From contig OX597815.1 of assembly GCA_951406725.2 (NCBI GenBank), positions 52,328,001 through 52,392,000 on the forward strand: 64,000 bases of DNA, given 5' to 3'. Of this stretch, positions 25,625-37,719 are shown piece after piece. A program made the position numbers and the translations under genes. Within the stretch, counting starts at the first letter, position 1. Each line of letters begins with the position of its first letter. Source of the stretch: Octopus vulgaris. Lineage: Eukaryota. The notes under the pieces were generated by a model. That model searched no databases, was not told where the DNA came from, and saw only the letters and a list, made by a program, of their open reading frames with translations.

Positions 25625-26949
25625 CATATATGTACACACACACGGGTTGGTCGGCTTTTTGCTCATTGTATAGCAGTTCAGTTTTCATCTACAGCTCTTT
25701 TTGTTACCCTCTCATCTATCACATCCTCTCTCTTATCCACTTTGCAACACTGCCTTCATACGAAAGGATGACATTCTATCTGTTGCTATTAAACCCTTCT
25801 AACCATCACTCTTTATAACAATGGTTTTCTTCTTCTATCACCCCTCTATCTTTCCATCTCTCTTCCATCATAACACATGTATAAAGAGAGATAACACTGA
25901 ATCTGTCCATATTCACTACTCCTGTCATCATCTTTCTTTAATGTTAGCTATATCTCTTTGTTTCATTCCTCAAATGTCTCCTCATTAATATTTATCATTG
26001 TCACTTACCATCACTCATCTCTATTTCTATACAGCTCACACTCTTTGTTACCATCACTCATCTTCATTGTTAATCAACCACACCACTCATACTATTCAGT
26101 TGCTTTATCAACAAGCGAGTTGTAGCTATCACTGTCTCTCTTCCATTACTATCACCTTTACCATCCTCTCAGTTATATCAGTCAGCTTCCCCCATCAAAC
26201 ACACACACATACTTATCACCCTCTTAGTCATTACTTTTTCTTCTACTTCTCACATAAGTCACATTACTTTTGAAAGAATAGAAACAGCATTGAGTAAAGA
26301 GGACATTTTTGTTTTGCAAGGAACAAAGCAACCCCTCTGTTGCTAGTGTCATGATAAAATGCCCCTAGTGCACTCTGTAAAGTGGTTGAAGTAGTTTGTA
26401 TTAGGAAGGGCATCCAGTCATAAAAACCACTCCAGAAATTAGACATGAGTAAGACATGGGCAAGATATGGGTAAGATATGGCTTCCTTCAACTTATCTAG
26501 GAGGATAGTAACACTGACTAAGAACTAATTTGGATTGTGTCATTCTGTTCAACCCCTGTCAGTGGATGGATAAGTTCATATGAGTGTGAGAAGAGAGTGA
26601 CAGGTGGTTAGAGATGGGAGTAGAGGGAAATGTAGTGAATGATGTACAAGTGTGGAGGTGTGGTTGATGGTAGATATAAGCATGAGGGAGAAGGAAAAAG
26701 AAATAGGTCAAGAGGGAGGAGGTGATAAGTGGATGTACAGGAAGGCTGGAGAATAGCAGTTTAATACACCTGAAGGTAGATAAAAAAAAAAAAAGATGAT
26801 GCACTGGATGAAAAAGGTGAAGCAGGACTGTCCACAATAGATACAAGTGGGTGTTAAAGATAGTAGTCTTATGTTGTATTGTAGCTTGGAAGATAGGGAG
26901 AAATAATTGGAGGCATAGAAAGGGGTCAGGTTAGATCAGGTATGGGGTC

Positions 26950-27350
26950 ATGATCTCTCAATTGCTGGACAGGTTTCATTGGTGCTACCTATGTTCAATC
27001 CTGGGCATCTCTTACCTGGACAGATTGAAAAATGAAGAGGTGATGAGAAGAGCTGGTATGGGAAGTGTGCAGGACATGGTGACTTATATGTTTTACAGGC
27101 AGATATGCTTTGCTGGCCATGTGCTTCAATTACTGCAGGAGAGAAATACTACCATTGTGATGGAGTGGTAGCTGGAAGGATGATACAGGCTGAGAGGAAG
27201 ACCAACGAAGATACAGTGCAGTATGTTCCAGGATGGCATGATGGCAGTTGGGGCAGGCCTGAGTGGAGCTAGAAGTTAGGCAAGTAATCAGGATGTTTGG
27301 AAAAGGCTGATTGCTCATTGTGCTGACAGCACTGGAGGGTCTAATAACTG
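26950..27350 (+). mobile_element. RTE-clade LINE C-terminal fragment
   Basis: LDRFH..LCSILGISYLDRLKNEEVMRRAG..FAGHVL..RGRP. Confidence 0.75.
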
Positions 27351-28349
27351 AGAGTAAGTGCATCATGGGCAACCCTCTGAACAGTATTCCAGTTAGGATC
27401 CATCTCTCTGAGATATTTCCTAATCTGCTATGATTAATGAATATGAAAAAAAGAGTGAACAGTGGAAATAAAAGATGGGGAAGGATGATATTGAGAATGA
27501 AGAGAAATGTTAAAAGAGGTGGTTCCAGGGAGAGGGAGCAGTAACTGGTCACACAAAGGGGATGAAACATGCGGATTCTGCCATCGTATGATTACAACAA
27601 CTGAATAGTACCATTGTTAAAAGAGTGATGGAAGGATGGGTGTTAGGAAGATAAGAGGTGGGGAAAGCTTGATGGGAACTGACTGGATGCAGGGGCAGGG
27701 CTTGATGAATGTTTAGACATAAACATACTGCTCATTATTTTCATGCCCACTTTTCCATACTTGCATGGGTCAGATGGAGTTTATTGAGGCAAATTTTCTA
27801 TGACTTGAAACCCTTCCTGTTGTCTAACCTCACCTGTTTCTAAGTAAGGCAATATTTACCAATGGCTGGACATGATTTCTCAGAATACTGGATATGAATG
27901 GTATTGCTTGTATGACAGTGACAACCATTTAATACTCACACATCACATGATTTCAAACATACACACATGCACATACATTAACACACGTGTGTGTGTTAAG
28001 AATTAACAATCAGAACTTCTCAAGAACAAGTACATAGTACTATATGACTCTACTGACCTAAATTAAGGCACATCAATATATAGGATGCCAGAAATGGCTA
28101 GGTACAATCACACAGAGCTCACAGTGAAATAGAACAACTCTGTAGACTTCAAGTGTTAGCAGGCTGCCTTAGATATGCAAGTACCAAATCCAATTCATAA
28201 TCATAGATCCAACTCAGCAGTGGATCATGAGTGTGTATTTTCAACAGGTAAGATTTTAAACAGATGAACATAGCCAATATTTGTTGACTTAGTGCAAAAA
28301 GTTTTGGCTGTGTCCATTATATCCATATATATATATATCTATTTATTGG

Positions 28350-28776
28350 TACAGGCATAGCTGCATGGTAAGAAGCTTGCTTTCCAGTGACATGGTTCCA
28401 GGTTCAGTCCCACTGCATGGTACCCTTGGCAATTGTCTTCTATTGTAGCTTTGTGCTGACCAAAACCTTGTGAATGGATTTGGCAGATGGAAACTGAAAG
28501 AATTCCATTGTATATATATATATTTATATATATTTGTGTGTTTGGGCCTTTGTGTCTGTGTTTGTCTCCCAACTATCACTTGACAACTGATGTTGGTGTG
28601 TTTATATAGATGTAACTTAGCAGTTCAGCAAAAAAACCAAAAAAACTGATCGAATAAGTACTAGGCTTACAAAGATTAGGTTCTGGGGCTGATTTTTTCA
28701 ACTTAAACCCTTTAAGGCTGTGTGCCAGCATGACTACAGTCAAATTACTGAAGCAAGTAAAAGATTAAAAGATTAA

Positions 28777-28780
<4 letters not shown>
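28350..28780 (+). mobile_element. tRNA-derived SINE
   Basis: Head-to-tail match to the 4240 family. Confidence 0.8.
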
Positions 28781-28811
<31 letters not shown>

Positions 28812-28814
<3 letters not shown>

Positions 28815-29205
28815 TGCAGGTGCTGCTGTGTGGTAAGAAGTTTGCTTCCCAACCACATGGTTCTGGGTTCAATCCCACCACTTGATACCTTGGCCAACTG
28901 TCTCCTACTATAGCCTCAGGTCAACCAAAGCCTTGTGATTGGATTTGATTGACAAAAACTGAAAGACCATCATATATGTGTGTGTTTATGTCTGTCTGTC
29001 TGTATTGGTGTTTGTCACCTACTACCACTTGACAACTGGTGTTAGTGTGTTCATTTCCCTGTAATTTAGAAGTTCAGCAAAAGTGACCAATAGAATAGGT
29101 ACCAGGCCTAGAAAAAAATAATTACTGGGGTTGATTAGTTTGACTAAAATTCTGCAAGGTGGTATCTCAGCATGGCCACAGTCTAATGACTCAAACAAGT
29201 AAAAG
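28812..29205 (+). mobile_element. tRNA-derived SINE
   Basis: Head-to-tail match to the 4240 family. Confidence 0.8.
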
Positions 29206-29219
29206 ATATATATATATAT

Positions 29220-29516
29220 GCAAGATTCTTTATGTGAGTTCATGTGTTGAAGCATATATTGTTGTGTCTGAGGAGAGTCATTCTCTTTTAGTGCCTTATT
29301 ATTTAGCAGACTCACCAGTAAGGTTTCCACTCATTTATTTATTTTTCTAAAATTTTCGTTGCATCTTGCAACCTTTTCAACAGTCCTTGGTGACTCTTGA
29401 AAAGGTTGCAAGGCGCATCGAAAATTTTAGGAAAAATAAATGAGTAAATGATTGGAAACTTTACTGGTGAGTGCGTTAAATAATAAGGCACTAAAAAAGA
29501 ATGACTCTCCCCAGAC

Positions 29517-29527
<11 letters not shown>
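29220..29527. mobile_element. Palindromic non-coding element (family also at 33145-33360)
   Basis: 29256-29385 is the reverse complement of 29392-29527. gcaagattctttatgtga and gactctccccagacacaa are shared with 33145-33360. (TA)n on both sides. Confidence 0.75.
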
Positions 29528-29554
<27 letters not shown>

Positions 29555-30219
29555 GGAGAATTCACAAAAAACAAAAGATGAGGGCGGGTGGTGTAGACAA
29601 CAAACAGATGTAATAGTATAACACTCGGGAAGTGAAAAAGTCTGTAACGTTTCAAGCCTATGCTCTTCCACAGAAAGGGACACAGAAAGAACCAAGGAGA
29701 TAAAATATAGAATGTGTAGTGGCTAGCAATGTACCATGAGCTTCATTCAGTTTTCCTCTCTGTAATCCACTTACAAGGCTTTGGTCAATCTGAGGCTACA
29801 ATAAAAGATACTTGCCCAAGGTGCCAGTCAATGGGACTGAATCCAAAACCATGTAGTTCAGAAGTTAGCTTCTTACCACACAGCCACACCAATACTTCAG
29901 AAAACCTGTCAAAACAAATTCTGTGTAACCCTTGTCAGCATGGACAAGTGGACGTTAAAATGATGATGATGATGATACATGCACATATGTACATATATAT
30001 AAAGTATAAGATCTAGAGATCGAGGTGTCGGAAGAAAATTAGTTTCAAGTAATCTGTAGTAAATATAAAAAAACAAATTTCTGGGGCAATAGTGGTTTAT
30101 TGAGACAGAAGGTTGTGGGCTTTTTCATATCAAAGTATGATACACTAAAAAAAAATTCTTTTTATATTTCATAGTAGGCAACCATGGTTTGCCAGGTGTG
30201 CGAATAAGAATACAAGAGT

Positions 30220-30523
30220 TATAGAATGGAGTAGATAAGATCCAGGCTGTATATGTTTCATAGCAAGCAGAACCTCAGAAGTGGTAAATATCCTGGCAAT
30301 GTTTATACCACAGGCTACTCTTCAGGCCAAAGATATCTTCATTAAATGAAAATTTATATTGCTGCAAGGAGATACATGTTAATGCATGGAAGATTGCTTT
30401 CTATACATTCTGATTGAATACGTATACATGTCAGTATACACGTCACTTGGATATTTACCACTTCTGAGGTTCAGCTTGCTATGAAACATATATAGCCCAG
30501 ATTTTATCTACTCTATTCCGTAT
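30220..30523. mobile_element. Inverted-repeat element carrying an HHR motif (30245-30328, -)
   Basis: 30220-30293 is approximately the reverse complement of 30449-30523. Minus strand reads GGC-CTGAAGA-GTAGC..GCTAT-GAAAC-ATAT-ACA-GCC. Confidence 0.6.
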
Positions 30524-30595
30524 ATATATATATATATATATATATATGCATATATATGTATATATATGTGTGTGTGTATATATATATATATATAT

Positions 30596-30937
30596 CATCA
30601 TCATCATTTAACGTCCGCTTTCCATGCTAGCATGGGTTGGACGATTTTGACTGAGGGCTGGCGAACCAGATGGCTGCACCAGGCTCCAATCTTGATTTGG
30701 CAGAGTTTCTACAGCTGGATGCCCTTCCTAATGCCAACCACTCCGAGAGTGTAGTGGGTGCTTTTTACGTGCCACCGGCATGGGAGCCAGTCAGGCAGTA
30801 CTGGCAACGACCTCGCTCGAATCCTTTTACACATGCCACCAGCACAGGTGCCAGTAAGGTGATGTTGGTAACGATCACGCTCGAATGGTGCCCTTTTACG
30901 TGCCACTGGCACAGAAGCCATTTGGCTGCTCTGGCAA
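30596..30937 (-). mobile_element. RTE-type LINE 3' UTR fragment
   Basis: (CAT)n + ttaacgtccgctttccatgctagcatgggttggacg family. Confidence 0.8.
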
Positions 30938-30939
30938 AT

Positions 30940-31777
30940 TACTGTTGCTATAGTAATGAAGCTAAAGCATGGAGAGTGAAGCTGATGGACACAGATTAAC
31001 CTTGAATTCTGCTGTGCAGTGCATGTGCACTAAGTTTTAATGTTCTAGCTTACTTCCACTGTTTACAGCAGTGCTTGGAAGGAATGTGTGTAGCGTGTGA
31101 TCGTCGCATTGACCATGACACCAAAAGTTGAGCAGAAAATCTGCATCAAATTTTGCCTAAAGCTTGGCAATACCTGCTGAGAGGACTACACAAAGTTTTA
31201 TTGTTCTTGACACAATCAAGGAGATCTTGTGCAACTGAAACCCGAGTGTCTTTTTGGTCAGCTGAAAGCTATTTTGGCATACACTTGGCAGAAACACGTC
31301 TCATACTCAAATCTTCAGTGATAATGGACTGAACTGAACCGTAACTAATCTGCACATCTTCTAACAGCTCACAGATGACGATTTCCTCTCACAGCAGTAT
31401 GCACATCTGTAATGTATTTTTCAGTTCAGCTGGTTGCAAGTCTCCAAGAATGTTCGTCAATATCAACATTTTTTGGCTATCTTTGAAACATCTGAACCAC
31501 TCATACACTTGTGTATGGCTCATACACCTTTTGCAACTTTGCGTAGGCCTGTGAGCAGATATCGTCACGACAACTTTCTCTGTCATGATCAATGTGACGA
31601 TCACAAGCTATACATCTTCCTTCGAAGTGGTGATGTAAACAGTGGAAGTAAGCTGGAATGTTAAAACTTAGTGCACATGCATAGCAGAGTTTAAGGTCAA
31701 TCTGTGTCAAGCAGCTTTACTCTGTGTGCTTTAGCTTCGTTACTATAGCAACAGTCAGGATACTTACTGATCAGACA
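30940..31777 (-). mobile_element. Non-autonomous mariner with long inverted arms (same family as 46572-47466)
   Basis: actgttgctatagtaa.gaagctaaagca at both ends in inverted orientation. HTH remnants CMSHTQVYEWFRCFKD. Confidence 0.85.
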
Positions 31778-31789
31778 TATATAAATACA

Positions 31790-32195
31790 CCAGGCACAAG
31801 CATGGCTGTGTCATAAGAAGCTTGCTTCCCAACCACATGATTCTGGGTTCAGTCCTACTGCATGGCACATTGGGCAAGTATGTTCTACTATAGCTTTGGG
31901 CTGACCAAAGCCATGTGAGTGGATTTGGTAGATGGAAACTGAAAGAAGCCTACAGTGTGTGTGTGTGTGTGTGTCTTTGTTTCTCTGTTTGTCCCCCAAC
32001 AATTGCTTGACAACCAATGTTGGTGTGTTTACGTCCCCATAACTTAATGATTTGGCAAAAGAGACCGATAGAATAAGTACTACGCTTACAAAGAATAAGC
32101 CCTGGGAAAGATTTCCTTCACTAAAAAACCTTTTAAAGTGGTGCTCCAGCATGACTGCAGTCAAATGATTGATACAAGCAAAAGAATAAAAGAAT
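31790..32195 (+). mobile_element. tRNA-derived SINE
   Basis: Head-to-tail match to the 4240 family. Confidence 0.8.
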
Positions 32196-33144
32196 ATACA
32201 TATATATACATATATATAAATGTATATGCATGTATGAGTGTGCATGAATATTTTGTCACTTTCTTGCTCTGAATATATAACATGATAATTCAATGCATGT
32301 GAATTCAACCTCTTATCGACTAGTGGTTTATTTATTTTGAACATTTTATTCTTTTTGTTGTTTGCTGTTGGTGCTGTTGTTGTTTAGTCTCAGTCCAGAG
32401 CTGATGGAACCACCACATGATCAAAGGCATTCCACTTGCAACCATCCATTTTTGTCTGTACATCAGGCACTTGCATAATCAAATATATTCTTAAATGAAT
32501 TGAGTATGATGCAATTTAGGAGAAATTTGACTGCTATTTTTAGCAGTTCAAGCAACCCTCATTCACTTCAAACATTGTGCTGTTGGAAATATGATGCAAC
32601 ATCGATCTATCTCTGAGTGTTTAGCATTAGATATTACAGCAACAACAACGTGTGGTGTGAGAGCCAGCCCAGGAATGAGCTTGGAAATCATATGAAATGC
32701 ATTCATGTGTTTATAGCCTGACCACTGAAGCATGTTACTATATTGCATTGTTACACTTCATGTCCCTGCTTTGAATAAATTGACTATTACAGTTTTTTCC
32801 CTCTCTCACTGTCTTACTCTTTCACTTTCTTTGTCCCTTTTCTCTCTGTCAGAATGTGTGTGCATGTGTGACTATATATATATATATATATATAAATCTG
32901 TGTGTGTGTGTGTGCATGTGTGTATGTGTGTGTGTATATATATGTGTATATGTGTTTGTATCTGTAATATACATATACATTTATTTGTATTTGGTAGAAG
33001 TAACAGGGACTCATGGGCTGAGAGTTTCGTACTTTAGCACTTATAAAACTCCATGCTCCATGCCAGTATGGAAGGCAGATGTTAAGCAATGATGATACAC
33101 ACACACACACACATATATATATATGTTGTTTTTGTATTCGGTTT

Positions 33145-33352
33145 GCAAGATTCTTTATGTGAATTCGTGTGTTGAAACATTTTATTGTGCCTGGGGAGAG
33201 TTATTCTGTTTTAATACCTTATTAATTAACACACTCACCTGTTTGACTCATTTACTAATTTATTTATTTTTCTAAATAAGTAAATGAGTGGAAATTGAAA
33301 TGGTGAGTGTATCAATTAATAAGGCATTAAAAGATAATGACTCTCCCCAGAC

Positions 33353-33360
<8 letters not shown>
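33145..33360. mobile_element. Palindromic copy of the 29220-29527 family
   Basis: ttattgtgcctggggagagttatt .. aatgactctccccagacacaataa inverted arms. Confidence 0.65.
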
Positions 33361-33405
<45 letters not shown>

Positions 33406-33829
33406 TACATATATATATATATACATGTATTTATTTATATCTGTGTGTGTGTGTGTGTACAATGTATATGCATATATGTATATTCCAGGGATAGTCAAGC
33501 ACTGGGATAAGATAAGTCACAAATGATTGTTTTTTTCACATTGAAGAGCTGTAAATATTTAAAAAATTTTAAACAGATATGTGTGTGTGTGTATTTATAT
33601 ATCTCCAGTGATATATAAATATATCTACTTATTTGTAAGTGTGTGTGTGTGTGAGTAAGAGAGAGAGAGAGAGAGAGAAAGAAAGAGAGAAAGTTACATA
33701 GTTTATATTTCTCAGTTACCTTCATTTCTGCATGTCTATAGAAAAGAGATATGCTAAAAAATACTGTCTGGCATGCTCTTGCCACATGAAACTAATAGTA
33801 GCACATAAAAACATATATTGTATTTATTA

Positions 33830-33885
<56 letters not shown>

Positions 33886-34425
33886 ATGTATGTATATTCA
33901 AATATGAATGGGAAGCTGCCTGAAGGATATAAACAATACTGAGTACACATTCACAAGGTTTGTGTTTTACCAGTTCTCATATACTGGAACATTGCCCTGA
34001 TGAAACAAGACCCCTTCCATCAGTTCCTGGGCAATTGGTCTTGATAGCCTTTCCTTTCTGCCTCAATGAGTTGTCATAGTACTCTCCATTGATGGTGTGG
34101 TTCTTCTGAGGATAATAATCACAGTGCCTTTTGCATCCCCCAAAATTCAGGCCATCACCTTCCCTGCAGATGAACTTACCATTGTGTTGTGGCTGACTTA
34201 GAAATTATGTATGCCGATGTAATGTTCATTAATTACTATGCCAGGTAATTAGCTATGTTGAGAAGAGTTCATTGCATAACAATTGCATCATAAGCTTCAG
34301 CTAGTTAAACAAATGTAGCGGACATTTTACCTGTTTCACTCCTTCAATTTGGATTTATATACACACACATTCACACACACTCACACACACGTGCATGCAT
34401 GTGTACATATATACAAGTAAACCAA

Positions 34426-35536
34426 CAAATGAAAGGAAGTAGCCCACAACACATTTGATAGGGGTTATGTGTATTAATAACAGTTTGACTCAGATCCTCC
34501 ACAGTATTTAGCCCTTAAATGGCAGGAAAGGGTTGCATGAGTGTGTATGACAAAGGGCAAAAAACAAAAAATATCTTTTTAGTAGGGGTAATTTTTATAT
34601 TTATTTTCATTTTAGATAAGTACAAAACTGCAAAAATTGTTTGTCTCTCACACAATAAAATTTACAATCTCATTATTGAGGAGTTCTGTAAAATATTCAC
34701 TTTCGTTCGATGAAAGTTGTATCCATGAAAATTGATGTCTGCTGTTCTCTAATGGAACATCAATTGATGAAGTCTGCTAGTTAAGGGTTAAAGTAACATC
34801 ATATGCTTCTCAGATGTTCAAAGACAGACTGCAGACTTTGAAAGACGTTCAAAATGGCCTCTGACTGATTTAGGCTTCTGTTGGTTAACTGCATTCCTCA
34901 AGTTGTAATGTTATCAAAGCTAAATCAGTTATTTTTTTTCCTGTCCATGTATTAAGGATAGAATGTTGGAATGATGATGGTACAAGATGGAGTTTAGTAT
35001 ATTCAGCAATATGAGTCCCTTGTATTTGGTGTCACACATGGTATGTTATGTAAAGTCAGTCATCATTCTCTGGAGTTTTAACACATTGGTGACTGCAGCA
35101 ATCATTTGATGGTTTTTGATTATGTGACCAATGTGAATAGACAGTAGTTTATATCGACAGCAGGAATTATATACATTGTTATTATGTGTGGATCAGCTTG
35201 GCCTAGGGTGGTATGTTTGGGTTATTTGTGACTAGAGGCTTGAAGAAAGAATGAACTATCTTATTGCTCTCATCAGAGGTATGCCCTACTCTCTACTGGC
35301 AGTAATATGATAACTCATTCTTTCTATTGATGGATACTTCAGGCTGCTGAATTATGTGCAGTTCATCATGGGGGTAGAGTCGGCAATTATGAACTCCAGG
35401 TGATACACACTCATACACACTCATGCAACCCTTTCCTGCCATTTAAGGGCTAAATACTGTGGAGGATCTGAGTCAAACTGTTATTAATACACATAACCCC
35501 TATCAAATGTGTTGAGGGCTACTTCCTTTCATTTGT
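34426..35536. repeat. ~125-bp near-perfect inverted repeat enclosing ~860 bp
   Basis: 34426-34549 versus 35412-35536. Only one mismatch seen by eye. Confidence 0.85.
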
Positions 35537-35894
35537 CATGAACTTTCCTTTTGATGCTAAGGCAGTTATTTTATTGGTTGTGGAGTCTCCAGATGAAGGA
35601 TGTCTCTGGTGGCATTACAACCACATGTTCACAGTTCACTAATAAACTTCTGGAAGCCATATTGAACTTCCTCCAATGTCTTCAGTGTTCTCTGAACATC
35701 TGACAAGATGCATGAGTCCTACATACCCACAATATATTAAGTAATGTGGAAGAGTTGAATCCAACAGTTATATATATATACACACATAAACATGCACACA
35801 TACATCATAAGAAGTTAGAAACTTCAAGAGATGATAATAATTTGTTATTAACAGTGGATACAGCTATAAATAAGTAAATATAGCTATAAATAAC

Positions 35895-36090
35895 GATTTT
35901 AATTTTTGGCACAAGGCTGGCAATGTCAGGGGAGGGGATAAGTTGATTAAATCGATCACAATGTTAAACCGGTACTTATTTTATTGATCCCAAAAGGATG
36001 AAAGACAGTCAACCTTGATGGCATTTGAACTTAGAATGTAAAGACAGACTCAATGTGTGGAAACAATTGTGCCAGCTTGCCACCTTAATA
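35895..36090 (-). mobile_element. Degenerate Nin-domain-like SINE
   Basis: ggtacttattttattgatcccaaaaggatgaaag..gtcaacct..atttgaact; the reverse complement has a B-box gttcaaat and a Nin-like core. Confidence 0.55.
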
Positions 36091-37607
36091 CAGCTAAAAA
36101 TAATAGCATATAAATATTAGGTTAAAATCCCTATGGACAGAAAAATTCAAAGGCTGCCTTTGTGACTCAAATCCACATCAGATGTATACATGACAAATGT
36201 TCAACCAATGCACCAAAGTAAACCTTTGAATTTCTCTATCCATTTTAGAAGCTTTGTTCTTACTAGTGAGAATGGTATGATGTTGGAGTTATAAGAATTT
36301 AGAAACGTTGAGAGATGTGATATAATTGATTTTTAATGTTGGAACTTGAAATAGATAAATCTATAAATAACAGCATGTAAATATTGGGTTAAAAAAATCC
36401 TTTGGATAGAAACCAGGAGAGCTGTACAGATGAACATGTAAGATGGAGTGGATATATCCAATAATTATGAGAAAATGAGAAAAGTGAAGAGGATGGATGC
36501 TGCTGTAAAAAAGCAGGTGTACAGAAGGGAGAACAGCAGCACAAACTAACAAATAAGCTCATAGATTTGATTTCTGCAAAAGAAAGTTTCACTCCCACTT
36601 TGGTCTTTTCAGCCACAAGCAGTGCTACTTCTAAATGATAAATGCCACTTCAAGGATGTCACCCATGGTCAGTCATAATTTGAATGTTCTGAGGAGAGCC
36701 AATAATATACCACCATTACCATTTTTAGCTGCTTTATCAGACTGGTATTGTTTCATTGCAACTTTTGGAAGCAGAGCTTTACAGCTAGATGCCTTTCCTG
36801 ATGTCAAACCATTTAGTGCTATTTAAGCACCATATAAAAAGAATTAGTGTGGGTGCTGTTGCCACATAAAATGCACCCAGTACACTCTATAAAGTGGTTG
36901 GCATGAGGAAGGGCATCCAGCTGTAGAAACCATGCGAAAACAGTGTATGGAAACTGGTACAGCCCCTGCTTTTGCTAGTTCCTGTCAAGCCATCCAACCC
37001 AGGCCAGCAAGGAAAACATGTCAAATGTTGACGATAATGATGATATGGCATGCAGCAACACAATATACTATATAAATGCGTGTGTGTGTAAAATCATTCA
37101 TTATTCATGAACATCATTTTGACATCCACTTTTCATGCTTGTATGGTTTACATGGATTTCATTGAGGCAGATTTCATAAGGCTGGACACCCTTCCTGTTG
37201 TTATAGTCACTCTGTGTCCCAACAAGTTATTATTTCTACATGACTGGACATGTTTACATGGAACATTAGAAACAGAGGACATTGTTTTTATGATAGTGAG
37301 ACTCATTTACTTCTATTACTTGATATCAAAATAGGAACACACATACACACATACACACACAACCACACACACACACACACACACACACACAAAGAGATCC
37401 CAGCATGGAAAGCAGCTGTTAAATTATAATAATGATGAATATAGAGGATAACAGTGTCGAACTCCCTTCTTCACCAAAAGCCAATCATATAAGATTGGCC
37501 ATTTAAAAGGTGATAACACTGATGGTGCTCCAGCATGGCCACAGCCTTAGGGCTGAAACATACAAAAGAATAAAATAATATATACATATACATACATACA
37601 TACATAC

Positions 37608-37668
<61 letters not shown>

Positions 37669-37719
37669 TGTATGTATGTATGTTTGTATGTATGTATGTA
37701 TGTATGAATGTATGTATAT

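Noticed and set aside
29640-29675. HHR-like ctgtggaagagcataggcttgaaacgttacag (minus strand)
   Set aside because: The core does not fit YUGANNA in register with stem II. Too degenerate to support.
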